This document shows, one piece after another, positions 23,996 through 34,973 of a stretch of DNA of 49,973 nucleotides. Within the stretch, counting starts at the first letter, position 1. The number at the start of each line of letters is the position of its first letter. The stretch covers positions 43,885,734 through 43,935,706 of the forward strand of contig NC_068993.1 in assembly GCF_001194135.2 (NCBI RefSeq). The letters are read 5' to 3'. The notes below the pieces were generated by a model. The model was not told the DNA's origin. It ran no database searches and saw only the letters and a program-made list of their open reading frames with translations. This DNA comes from Octopus bimaculoides (lineage: Eukaryota). Position numbers and translations under genes: made by a program.

Positions 23996-24100
23996 TACTA
24001 TTATCTGCACAGTTTCTATGTACTAAATTACATTCAAGTGGCGTTGCCAACCCGGGTATATGGTAGAAGATACGTGCAAGATACGAATGGAAATATGATT
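23828..24100 (-). mobile_element. Two short, diverged SINE-B fragments separated by (CA)n
   Basis: ggtcggcctgggactacagtagaagacac...gattgaacccgaa and ccgggtatatggtagaagatac segments. Confidence 0.55.
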
Positions 24101-24357
24101 GCAACCATACCTTCGCCTATAAATTCTTGATAAAATCCTTGTGTATTCCCAATTTCCTAATCTAGTTTGTACAAACTGCCAAAGGACACCTAAATATATT
24201 ATCGTTCGACCTACTGACGCATATTTGGAAACCACATATTTAAATATTTTCCGCCATATAAACAAGATGCAATGTATAATGTAGATTAGATACACTGGTA
24301 CGCCATTCTCTCGCAGTTTCCAGCTACACCGCTTCGTGATAGGGTGAATAGCTTCAC

Positions 24358-24615
24358 TGAAGGCGCAGAAATGGCGATGTGGTATAAGCAGCTCGCTTTG
24401 CAATAACGTGGTTTCAGTTCAGTTCCATTGCGCGGTACCTTGGCAAGTGTCTTCTACTATAGCCCTGGGTCGATCAATGTCTTCTGTGAATGAGTTTGGT
24501 AGACAGAAACTATGTGGAAGCATGTCGTACATATATGCATATGCGTACTTGTGTTTTCTCTCACACTTTCGCTACCATTGTTGGTTTGTTTACGTCTCCA
24601 TAACTTAATGGTTCG
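24358..24615 (+). mobile_element. SINE family B, 5' two-thirds; inverted partner of 23160-23414
   Basis: tgaaggcgcagaaatggcgatgtggtataagc...ggtaccttggcaagtgtcttctactatagcc...gaaactatgtggaagcatgtcgtac. Confidence 0.88.
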
Positions 24616-25089
24616 CCATGCTGGACCGCTGAAATCTACAAGGCTTTTTTCATTCTCCCTCTGTTTATTTTCTCTTATTCCTTTCTGTTCAAGAGCGTAG
24701 GCTCAAAACGCAAAAGACTTTTTCATTTTTCTGAGCGTCAAACTAATACACTTGCTTTTTGTTCATACACCTGTCTTCGTCATTTTTTTCTATAAATTTC
24801 AACTATATATATATATATTATTTGATAAACACAATATATATTTTTATGAGCTACTAATAGTTTCATGTTATGAAAACATCTCAGACAGCGTTTTTTAACA
24901 CGTCTGGTGCCTTCAGGCAATCCTCAGACTATGCCTACATAGCACAACAAACTAAAACAGGATAATAAGATGAAAGAAAAAACGAGAAAAGGTGATATGT
25001 GTGTGTGTGTGTGTGCGTGCGTGTTTGTCCCTTGCCAACGCATGAAAGCCAATGTTGGTTTGTTTTCGTTTCCAGAAATATTTTGCCGA

Positions 25090-25215
25090 ACGGCTAATTT
25101 ATGGAGAAACAAAAACAATAATAAAACACAAGTACTGGGGGCGGTTCGTCGACTAAACCCTTCAATTCAGTGTCCCAACATGGCTGCAGTCCAATGACTG
25201 ACACAAGCAAAAAAT
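25090..25215 (+). mobile_element. SINE-B 3' tail fragment
   Basis: aagtactggggg...cgactaaacccttcaa...ccaacatggctgcagtccaatgactgacacaagcaaaa. Confidence 0.7.
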
Positions 25216-25482
25216 AAATGTTTTTATATAAAATGTTAATTCATGCAAAGAACTGAGACAAAGGAAACCGATTCTATTTAAATGAATCAATAAAAACAAC
25301 GTGTTAAATGAGTTTCTTGTAATTTATTTTTTAAATAAACTTAATTAAAAATTGACTGTTTCTGTTAATTAATAGTGACAAGCAAAAATAAGTTTCCGTA
25401 TAAAAGTGGTAACAGCTGGTAACTAATTCTGGCATTGAAGTTGCTATAATAGACATGTCGTATCAAAACAGTCATAGACTAA

Positions 25483-25563
<81 letters not shown>
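25483..25563. repeat. (ATT)n microsatellite
   Basis: Direct reading. Confidence 0.98.
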
Positions 25564-25569
25564 GTCGAT

Positions 25570-26405
25570 AAGGCGGCGAAGTGGCAGAAACGTTAGCACA
25601 CTGCACAAAATGCTTAGCGGTATTTCGCCAGTCGCTACGTTGTGAGTTCAAATTCTGACAAGGTCGACTTTACCTTGCGTCTTTTCGGGAACGATAAATT
25701 AAGTACCAGTGAAAGACTGGGGTCGAAGTAATCGACTGATCTCCTCCCGCAAAACAGATGCCCTTGTGGCAAAATTTGTTGTTAAGGCGGCGAGCTGGCA
25801 GAATCTTTAGAGCATCGGACAAAATGTTCAGCGGTATTTCAAATTCCGCCGAGGTCGACTTTGCCTTTCATCCTTTCGGGGTCGGTAAAATAAGTACCAG
25901 TTGGACAATGGGGTCAAAGTAATCGACATACTCTATCCCCCGAAATTGCTGGTCAGGTGCCAAAATGTGAAACCATTATTATCATTATTAAGGTGGGGAG
26001 CTAGCAGAATCGCTGGCACACCGAATAAAAAGCTCAGCGGTATTTCGATTATCTTTATGTTCTGCGTTCAAATGCCGCCGAGGTCGTCTTTGCTTTTCAT
26101 TCTTCCGGGGTCGTTATTATAAAGTACCAGTCTATCACTGGTCTATGTAATTGACAAGTTCCTTCCCACAAAATTGCAGGTCTAGTGCTTATAGCAGAAA
26201 CGATCATTATTATTATTGCTCGAGCTGGCAGAAGTGTTAGAGCGTTTGGAAAAGTAAAATTGTTTGCAGTATTTGTTCCAGTTATTTACATTACATTCTG
26301 AGTTCTAATCCTGTTGAAGTTCGGGTTCGATAAAAATAGCACCAGTCATATACTGAGTCGGTAACATGGATTAGAAATTGCTGGCCTAGTACTTAAATGT
26401 ATATT
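25570..26405 (+). mobile_element. Four head-to-tail SINE-A copies (starts ~25570, 25784, 25990, 26218)
   Basis: Each starts aaggcggcgagctggcagaa-like with an A box. B box gagttcaaattc is variably retained. Later copies are separated by short attatt spacers. Confidence 0.9.
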
Positions 26406-26473
26406 GTGTGTGTGTATTGAAAGATTGAAAGGTATGTTCACTCACACACACACATATGAGTGTGTGTGCGCGC

Positions 26474-26512
<39 letters not shown>

Positions 26513-26554
26513 NNNNNNNNNNTGTATATATATATATTGCATGTGTATATATAT

Positions 26555-26825
26555 CCGATCAACGGAATAGCCTGTTCATGATATTAACGTGCAAGTGGCC
26601 GAGCACTTCACAGACACGCTTTCCTTTACGTAGTTCACAGGGAGATTCAGCGAGACACAGAATGTGGCAAGGGCTGACCCTTTGAAATATAGGTACCACT
26701 CATTATTGCCAGCTGAGTGAACTGGAGCAACGTGAAAAAAAAAAGGGTCCTATTGAAGGACACAACTCGCCGCCGGGAATCGAATTCACGACCCTACGAT
26801 ATTGAACCGCATTCCCTTAGCCCCT
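26555..26825 (-). mobile_element. SINE family C-related copy
   Basis: ccgatcaacggaatagcctgttcatgatattaacgtgcaagtggccgagcact...gggaatcgaattcacgacc aligns with 16620-16920. Confidence 0.8.
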
Positions 26826-27717
26826 AATAGATAGATATGTGTATGTGCATGTGTGTTTCGGCTGAAGATAACGCACATCGACGAGAGAAATCGATAAAAT
26901 GAAGAGTCGAACAGAAATACTTAGTGGTATTTATTCTACCGAAGTTGCTGTTATTCCCTTAACCCTTTCTGATTTGCCGTGATTAGCCTAAGTCCCAACA
27001 CAGGAGTAGCTTGGCGGGTCAACGACCTTGGAACAATAAAAGATTGAGTCGATTCCTGGTAGTTTTGAGCTAAGAAAACAAGATGTATCGACACAAAATA
27101 AATAGTGTGAAATCATTTATTTAGTTGTGCGCTTTATTGCTTTATTTCGCTACAGAAATATCTTTAAATAAAAACATAATTAATGAAAAGAACTGCGACA
27201 ACCAGAACTGACACCGTGTTAATATATCAATAAAAATGCTGCGGTTAACGAGACTATTTTTTTTAAAACGTGTTTTTCTTTTTAAACGTGTTTAATTAAA
27301 AATTTACTGGAACAGTTAATTACTATTGACTGGCAAAACAATTTTCCAGAATCTCATATTAATGGGGTCGTCTTGTGGCAATTGATGTAAGAACTTCTTT
27401 AGGTATTGGAATAATAATGAGGTTAATGGTATCAAAGCTGTCTTAAACAAATTATTGTGCCCACGCGCGTTTGTATGTGAATGTGTGCTCGCGCTCATCT
27501 GTGTGTATAAATACACATATACATATGCATATATGTGCATGTGCGTGTGTAAGTGTGTGTGTATGATCCGGTAAACGCGGTGTACAGGTATAAGTGTGTG
27601 TGTGCGTGTGCGTATGTGTGCATGTGTTGACAGTTTGTATTTGTTGAGAATCTTATTTCTCGACATTTCTTCAATGAAGAAACGTGTATGTATATATACA
27701 TGTGTGTATGTATATAT

Positions 27718-27771
<54 letters not shown>

Positions 27772-28017
27772 NNNNNNNNNNNNNNNNNNNNNNNNNNNNN
27801 NNNNNNNNNNNNNNNNNNNNNNNNNNNNNNNNNNNNNNNNNNNNNNNNNNNNNNNNGAGAAAAGTGTACCAACGCCCGACGATAGCACTCTATCACGCAC
27901 CCATAAACTAAGAAATACTTCCTTGAAGAAATATCGAAAAATAAAATTAAAAAAATAAGTCACATACATTACACACCTATACACGCACACACTTGCATAC
28001 ACACACACATTTATACG

Positions 28018-28064
<47 letters not shown>

Positions 28065-28669
28065 GCACCTTTATATCGCACTTAGTTTGTCTAAAACAAG
28101 GGAAACAAAATTCCATGAAAAGAACAGATGATTTTTCTCATAAAATAATCACCCCAAAATCACTCGGCCGTAAAAAGCAGCATTCATTATGAACATAGCT
28201 AATCAGCACATAATTTCTTTTCCAAATAACGCATTCATATGCAACTTTTCGCACAAATAATATTTATTCGAATAAAACATGTACTTCTGATTAAAGAAAT
28301 CTGATAGAAAATAATTCTTTACAAGCGTTGCATTAAAAGACCTGCTCAATGAAGCATAGAACTGTATATATTAAAAGGAAGAAAAAAAAAACTATTAGGG
28401 AATGTATCATTTCTACTATCTTCACATGTCTCGTTAAAGAAAGGTTTAACTTATGTTCAAAAATGTACGATGCACTATAAAATGTACATATGCACTGTTT
28501 GAAATGTAAATTATTATACATGCATTGCAATTTTGTATATTTTAGTATTTGGAAACTGTAATATACTTTATACGGAATCTCATACATGAACAACAAAACA
28601 TATGGAGTGGATGGAATATGTGTTTGACAGTATTAACTTTATATACGTGTCATAATGACATTCATATTA

Positions 28670-29010
28670 CTAGGTGTTCGGGCTAAATTTGACGACTTTT
28701 TGTCTCATTTTTTTTTTCAGGAAAAGTTTGATGTATTGGTGAATAGTCATCGGCGTTGGAGAGCATAAGGATCAAAGTTGTAGTTGAGTAAAAGTTAGCT
28801 TACATTGAGGACATAGCTGAATATTGGAAAAGAGTTATTTGTATCATGATTATTCGTGCCGGGTATCAAAATGCTGTTCAATACTCTGTAAACACTCTAA
28901 AGGCTGTAAGATGTGACATGGAGATCCTGAGAACCAAATTCCCCAAAATTGTGATGGTCTTTGGGTGTGTCTTCAGCGTGGGTGATGTCATACACACAGA
29001 GATACTCACA
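28670..29010 (+). mobile_element. Degenerate, internally deleted maT-like Tc1/mariner relic
   Basis: RTKFPKIVMVFGCVFSVGDVI resembles the maT motif TKFP..VMV.G.VS..GDVM. N-terminal IIRAG. Confidence 0.55.
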
Positions 29011-29110
29011 TACTCAAACGGTGCATAATGGGAAAATTCACCGAAATTAACTTAATCAGTTATGATGAGAACCCATGAAAGCCACTGCTTGGTACTGCAC
29101 CAGGGCATTT

Positions 29111-29157
<47 letters not shown>

Positions 29158-29345
29158 TACTATTAGTCAATTGGTTAAATATTTAAGCAACTAACTAAAC
29201 GGTTGTTTGATTAGTCGTTCGGTCAATAAGTCTCAGAAGCAGAAATAAAGAAGAGAGGGTACGTTATTGATGAAGGTCGCGAATGGTAACGAAAGAACTT
29301 TGATAAAACTCGCTGATTGATTTATTGATCAATCGATAAATCAAA

Positions 29346-29386
29346 TAATAATAATAATAATAATAATGATGATAATAATAATAATG

Positions 29387-29446
<60 letters not shown>

Positions 29447-29458
29447 GTAATAATAATG
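29346..29458. repeat. (AAT)n tract; (ATC)n at ~29110-29157 and (AAT)n at ~30021-30076
   Basis: Direct reading. Confidence 0.95.
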
Positions 29459-30020
29459 ATAAATGCCCTGATGCAGTACCAGGCAGTGGCTCTCATGGCT
29501 TCTCATCTTAACTGATTGGAAGTGCTATCATGTACATTGTTTAGTCTTGGTATAAAAGATGGGCTACAGCAAATATTCTGCTCAATACCACAGATTTGCT
29601 TGTCAGTCGTTTGACCGTAACCAGTTGAGCATGTCCCTTGGTGGCTGGCAATATGTGCATCTCTGATCACGAGCAGAAGTAGTGAGGGAGCATTATAGCC
29701 ATGTGTTGAGAGGAAATCTTTGGAGTTTGAATAATTCACCTCTGGAAACATGGGTGTTTCCTTCAACATCCTTAAACAACCCTTATTCAGGGACCTTTTG
29801 AGCGGGATGGGCTACTCAACCTGAAGAAATTTCTAACTGGGCCTCACCTACAAAGTCATGCGCTGTTAATCTTGATATGAGATCACCATGTCGCGCACAT
29901 ATGGTTGTGATGCATGTGCCCGGTGTACCCTTATCAGACGGATAGTCATGATGGGTATACTGGGAGCTTTGTATATTTTACCTCAGTGACACTTTGATGG
30001 CATGCACTACTCTCTCACTC
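29456..30020 (+). mobile_element. ~565-bp non-coding interspersed element bounded on both sides by (AAT)n
   Basis: More GC-rich block between two AAT tracts. Its first 62 bp recur inverted at 29054-29115. Strand inferred from the terminal AAT tail. Confidence 0.6.
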
Positions 30021-30079
<59 letters not shown>

Positions 30080-31891
30080 TAATGATGATGATGAAGAAGA
30101 AGAAGAAAGTAAAATAAAACCATATATTTATTATTAGGATAATGAACCTTCCTAGCTACAACAAAAATATTTCTCTGTAAAAATGTCAAGTAAAAGAAAA
30201 AGGAAAGGAAAGAAAAATTTTACTTGCGAGGAGATGTGGAAGCAAATCTATATGAAATAAAAAAAAATGGCTGAAATATTATCGCCTAATAGTCAGCTAC
30301 AGTCAGAGTTTTATAATTAGATTAGCTCATTAGCTGCATGTGGATTAATATAATTAACGTTGCAATATTGGATACATGAAATATTCATACAGTAGGCTCA
30401 ATATTTCGTAGACAATACAGCTATTTATATATGTAGCTGCTTAAATATGCTTAGATGATGAACAATGACTGTTTATATTACTAATATATATTAGCAAAAT
30501 ATTTTAATATTATTTTTTAACATTCAGCCCAATTTTTTCTCTTTTCATCAGAAATTTTAAGCAAGTTGTTGCTCTTCAAACTAGTCAGATCAACGCAAAA
30601 AAAAAAGAAGAAAAAAATCCAGACGTGGCGACAGAGATACTATTTCTATGATAAACTGAAGTGACGAAAATTTCGTATGATATATAAAAAAAATAAAGAT
30701 GAAAATATATATTTTGGAATTCTCTCGTGTAAATAACTCTTAATATTTATCATGTTTAAAGTAGTATATCTACCGAGAATAGGGGCTAATAAATATTCTA
30801 ATTCTATAATAGAATTAATGATGCAACTTTTTTTTATATAAAAATGAATAATGCAAAATGTTTGATATTGTAAACAATCATAAATGTTTCACAGACAATA
30901 GGGCTTATTTAGATACGTGTAGAGACATACATTTAAATATACTGGGAACAATGCAATCCACATTACAAGATATTAAAGGAAAGACCTAATAAAATCTCTC
31001 CCCTCACCCACACGTGTATTTATACACATGGATGTATGTTCGTACGTGTGTGTGTCTGTGTTGGTGTGTGTATTTTTCTAACATAATAATATCTAAGAGA
31101 CGAAGCAAATATTTAGGGTGGTGGAGTTGTGTCTATACAGACACAGACATATGCACACATGTATAAGCAAACGTATACATATACACATACACACATACAT
31201 TCGTACAGACTTATATTCAAAGAACTCTGTCACGTTTTCTCAACCCCAAACACTGGTAAAATTCTCAATACATGCACATGCACATATACACACATTTACT
31301 ATATGAAATCCAACTGTGAAGCTTAATAATCTGATATTAAGATTAACACAGTTGCTATGGGATATAACATTTAGCGGATTGTGTGTGTGTGCATGTGAGT
31401 GTGTTTGTGTGTGTTTGTTTGTGCGTGTTAGTGTGTGTGCATATAATAGAACCTTATTCATCACATGACACGTAATGATAGGAATGTGTTTGCTATTGAG
31501 TGTAGTAAATCAGTCTTTCCAATCTTTCTGAGTGTGAATGCAGGGGAGCAAGATGGTAGATAGAAGTGTTAGTGTTTCTTGAATATCTCATTGGTTAGCA
31601 GAGTTTCAGAAATGAGCTCCAATACATCCTTGACACTGTGGGCTGAGGTTAAGTGATTGAAACTTTGTGTGTGGTTCAATGAAAATGAAGTCGTTCTCAT
31701 CGTAACTCAAATGACAGTAAGTCTACTTGTGATTTAAATTGTATTAGCTAAAATATTTTCCTATTTGCAATAGCTCAAAATTTCATTCCTTCGGTTCAGT
31801 GAATGTAGATGTTGGGTTAAGAGGTAAAATTTCTTCTTTAGACATAACATAGTTTTACCAAACTGATACACGGAGGTGCTGTACCTAGGAT

Positions 31892-32728
31892 AGGGCTTTC
31901 CTATAAGTAGGTTATCTCCCTTGGCTAGGCGGCGCTCCATGTAGATAATTAAACTTCCGGAGGCTACCCACGCCATTGTTATTGTTTTACGTCTTATCAT
32001 GGATATAAAGCAGCTTGATGATTCAGCTATCGAAGTACTTACTGTGCCTGAGTTAAAGAAATATTTAAGATTATATGGACAGTATGTTACTGGAAGAAAG
32101 GCGGACTTGACTGAAAGGTTGAAAGGAATAAAAATTCTGTCGATGAAGAATGTCAACAAAGTAAATTCATCGGACGATAAGTCTGAAGTATCGGNNNNNN
32201 NNNNNNNNNNNNNNNNNNNNNNNNNNNNNNNNNNNNNNNNNNNNNNNNNNNNNNNNNNNNNNNNNNNNNNNNNNNNNNNNNNNNNNNNNNNNNNNNNNNN
32301 NNNNNNNNNNNNNNNNNNNNNNNNNNNNNNNNNNNNNNNNNNNNNNNNNNNNNNNNNNNNNNNNNNNNNNNNNNNNNNNNNNNNNNNNNNNNNNNNNNNN
32401 NNNNNATAATTACCTCGTGCTACGGATGAAAGCAAAGCAACAGTTAAGGAGTGGTATATTTTACCACGACAGACACGTACACAGCATCGAATACCACGAT
32501 GTGAGTGAAAGCTGCTCTCACTGTATTGTCCGGTGTCTGGTAATCCCTTCGATACCGACATCAAACCAAAAAAAGAATCCTGACCACAGAGTGTGGGTAA
32601 TTATGTCAAATGTCACTGGCAATGTGCATTCAGCTGATTGCAACTGTTAAAGCAAGTCACTGAGCATGCGTACATGTCATACGGGAGAGTTCCAATCAGG
32701 GGTGGATAACACCTTATAGGAAAGCCCT
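31892..32728 (+). mobile_element. Non-autonomous TIR DNA transposon (ISL2EU/PHIS-like) carrying SAP and SWIM-like coding sequence
   Basis: Perfect 16-bp TIRs AGGGCTTTCCTATAAG (31892-31907) and CTTATAGGAAAGCCCT (32713-32728), with AT on both sides (31890-31891, 32729-32730). Weaker subterminal similarity (gttatc..ccc). Confidence 0.8.
31999..32650 (+). pseudogene. Transposon accessory ORF fragment: SAP domain, gap, then the start of a SWIM-type Zn finger; truncated
   Basis: LTVPELKKYLRLYGQYVTGRKADLTERL fits the SAP consensus. After the N-run: CIVRCLVIPS...PDHRVWVIMSNVTGNVHSADCNC*, the pattern found ahead of SWIM (CxC...CxH) in SWIM/YqaJ transposon proteins. Frame continuity across the gap cannot be verified. 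Confidence 0.7.
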
Positions 32729-34198
32729 ATACTCTAAGCTTATGGGATGTTTTCACTTCGTTAGCCTTCAGTTTGAAGACGACATTGACGTTGCTTTAAC
32801 TTCTGGATCGAAAAAAGAAACTGTGATGATTGAATCTACTTTTAAATGTGTGCTTTGCGATTCCAGTATGGTTCCTTTGGACACCGTCCTTTGTTGTTCT
32901 AGTGATTTTCTAAATACCACTGCCTTAAGAATGTATGACAAATCTAATGGGCAGTTCTAGACGTTGTTAAAATTTCAAGTTGGTTGCTAGGCGGTAGGGG
33001 AGATCTGATAAGAACTGGTTCGTTATGTGTTTTCGTGTGTGTTGTGTAATTTTTGCGGCGTTGTTATCTAAACAGCAATTGCTACTTTTCATATTGTTTA
33101 GCTTAAAAAGAGTATTAAACCCGTGCATGACTTGAAAATGGTTATGTAATAATGAGACGAATGTTTTAACTTTATTAGATTTTTCATTCTTATTACATGG
33201 TAGTTTGGAACATACAATATTCCTACTGTTGAACTTGCTATTTTGTGAGGACTTATAAAATGTATCGTAGTTAAAACGTCTTTCAACAGTATTATAATGG
33301 AGGAAGCAACATGGTTGAAAATATCACTATCAGTAGATAGGATGAATATTCTCCAGCTTATTATTATATTTTATATATCAGAAGAGATTGATTTCAGCAT
33401 ATATATATATNNNNNNNNNNNNNNNNNNNNNNNNNNNNNNNNNNNNNNNNNNNNNNNNNNNNNNNNNNNNNNNNNNNNNNNNNNNNNNNNNNNNNNNNNN
33501 NNNNNNNNNNNNNNNNNNNNNNNNNNNNNNNNNNNNNNNNNNNNNNNNNNNNNNNNNNNNNNNNNNNNNNNNNNNNNNNNNNNNNNNNNNNNNNNNNNNN
33601 NNNNNNNNNNNNNNNNNNNNNNNNNNNNNNNNNNNNNNNNNNNNNNNNNNNNNNNNNNNNNNNNNNNNNNNNNNNNNNNNNNNNNNNNNNNNNNNNNNNN
33701 NNNNNNNNNNNNNNNNNNNNNNNNNNNNNNNNNNNNNNNNNNNNNNNNNNNNNNNNNNNNNNNNNNNNNNNNNNNNNNNNNNNNNNNNNNNNNNNNNNNN
33801 NNNNNNNNNNNNNNNNNNNNNNNNNNNNNNNNNNNNNNNNNNNNNNNNNNNNNNNNNNNNNNNNNNNNNNNNNNNNNNNNNNNNNNNNNNNNNNNNNNNN
33901 NNNNNNNNNNNNNNNNNNNNNNNNNNNNNNNNNNNNNNNNNNNNNNNNNNNNNNNNNNNNNNNNNNNNNNNNNNNNNNNNNNNNNNNNNNNNNNNNNNNN
34001 NNNNNNNNNNNNNNNNNNNNNNNNNNNNNNNNNNNNNNNNNNNNNNNNNNNNNNNNNNNNNNNNNNNNNNNNNNNNNNNNNNNNNNNNNNNNNNNNNNNN
34101 NNNNNNNNNNNNNNNNNNNNNNNNNNNNNNNNNNNNNNNNNNNNNNNNNNNNNNNNNNNNNNNNNNNNNNNNNNNNNNNNNNNNNNNNNNNNNNNNNN

Positions 34199-34973
34199 AT
34201 GTAGGAGTGGATGTAAGGGTGGGGGTGGGGTGTGTGGAAGTGGAATGTGTGGGCTGAGATGGGGTGGGATGGGATGTATAGGATGGTGGGGTTGGAATAT
34301 GTAGGGCTGGGGTAACGATGGAGAGGTGACGATGAAGGGAGAGTGTGGAAGGGAGACGGTGGGTAGGAATGAAGAGAGGAAGTAGGTATGAGAGGAAGAG
34401 AGGAGAGGTGGATGGGAGTCAAGGGAGGAAGTAGCTGTGATAGAAAGAGAGGAAAGAGGAGGGGAGTTAGATGAAGAGGGGAGGAGAGTTGAGCCCATAT
34501 GGTCAAAGGAGCGAAGAGAGAAGATTAATTCTTGTTCACGGTGAAGACGGAAGTCCGGTTGGCCCCTGTGCAAGGACAATCCGAACACAGACAGGTGTTG
34601 TAAAGAATGACCAGTAGAGCGGAATTGGCGCGAGACCAGGGTGTCGCTGCCGAGTCTGATGTCTCGGAGGTGTTCCGCGAAGCGGTCAGCCAAATGACGT
34701 CCCGTTTGACCGATGTACAGAGAAGGACAGAGAGAGAAGGAGATGCAGTAGATGATGTTGTTAGAAGTGCAGGTGAAGGAGTCAGTGATATGATAGGGTT
34801 GATGATGGGTGCCTGTGAGGATGGTGGTGTTGGAGAGGTAAGGGCAAGTGCGGTAGCGTGGGCGGGAGCAGGGGAACGAGCCGGGTTGGGAGGTTGGGTT
34901 AGGGAAGAAACTGTGGACCAGGAGGTCACGTAGGTTGTGGGCTCGTTTGAAGAAGGAGATGTGGGCTCGTTTG
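34199..34973 (-). mobile_element. Penelope-like element GIY-YIG endonuclease and pyrimidine-rich 3' UTR, well preserved
   Basis: FKRAHNLRDLLVHS...FPCSRPRYRTCPY...FTCTSNNIIYCISFSLCPSLYIGQTGRHLADRFAEHLRDIR...REQELIFSL (IIY...YIGQT GIY-YIG signature). Confidence 0.9.

Larger units (their letters stand above)
31745..32960 (-). mobile_element. Penelope-like (Neptune-type) GIY-YIG fragment interrupted by a TIR element
   Basis: Right of the insertion: CPLD...KAVV and AKHTFKSRFNHH. Left of it: SILGTAPP...KLC and LNRRNEILSYCK* (stop 31761). Confidence 0.75.
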
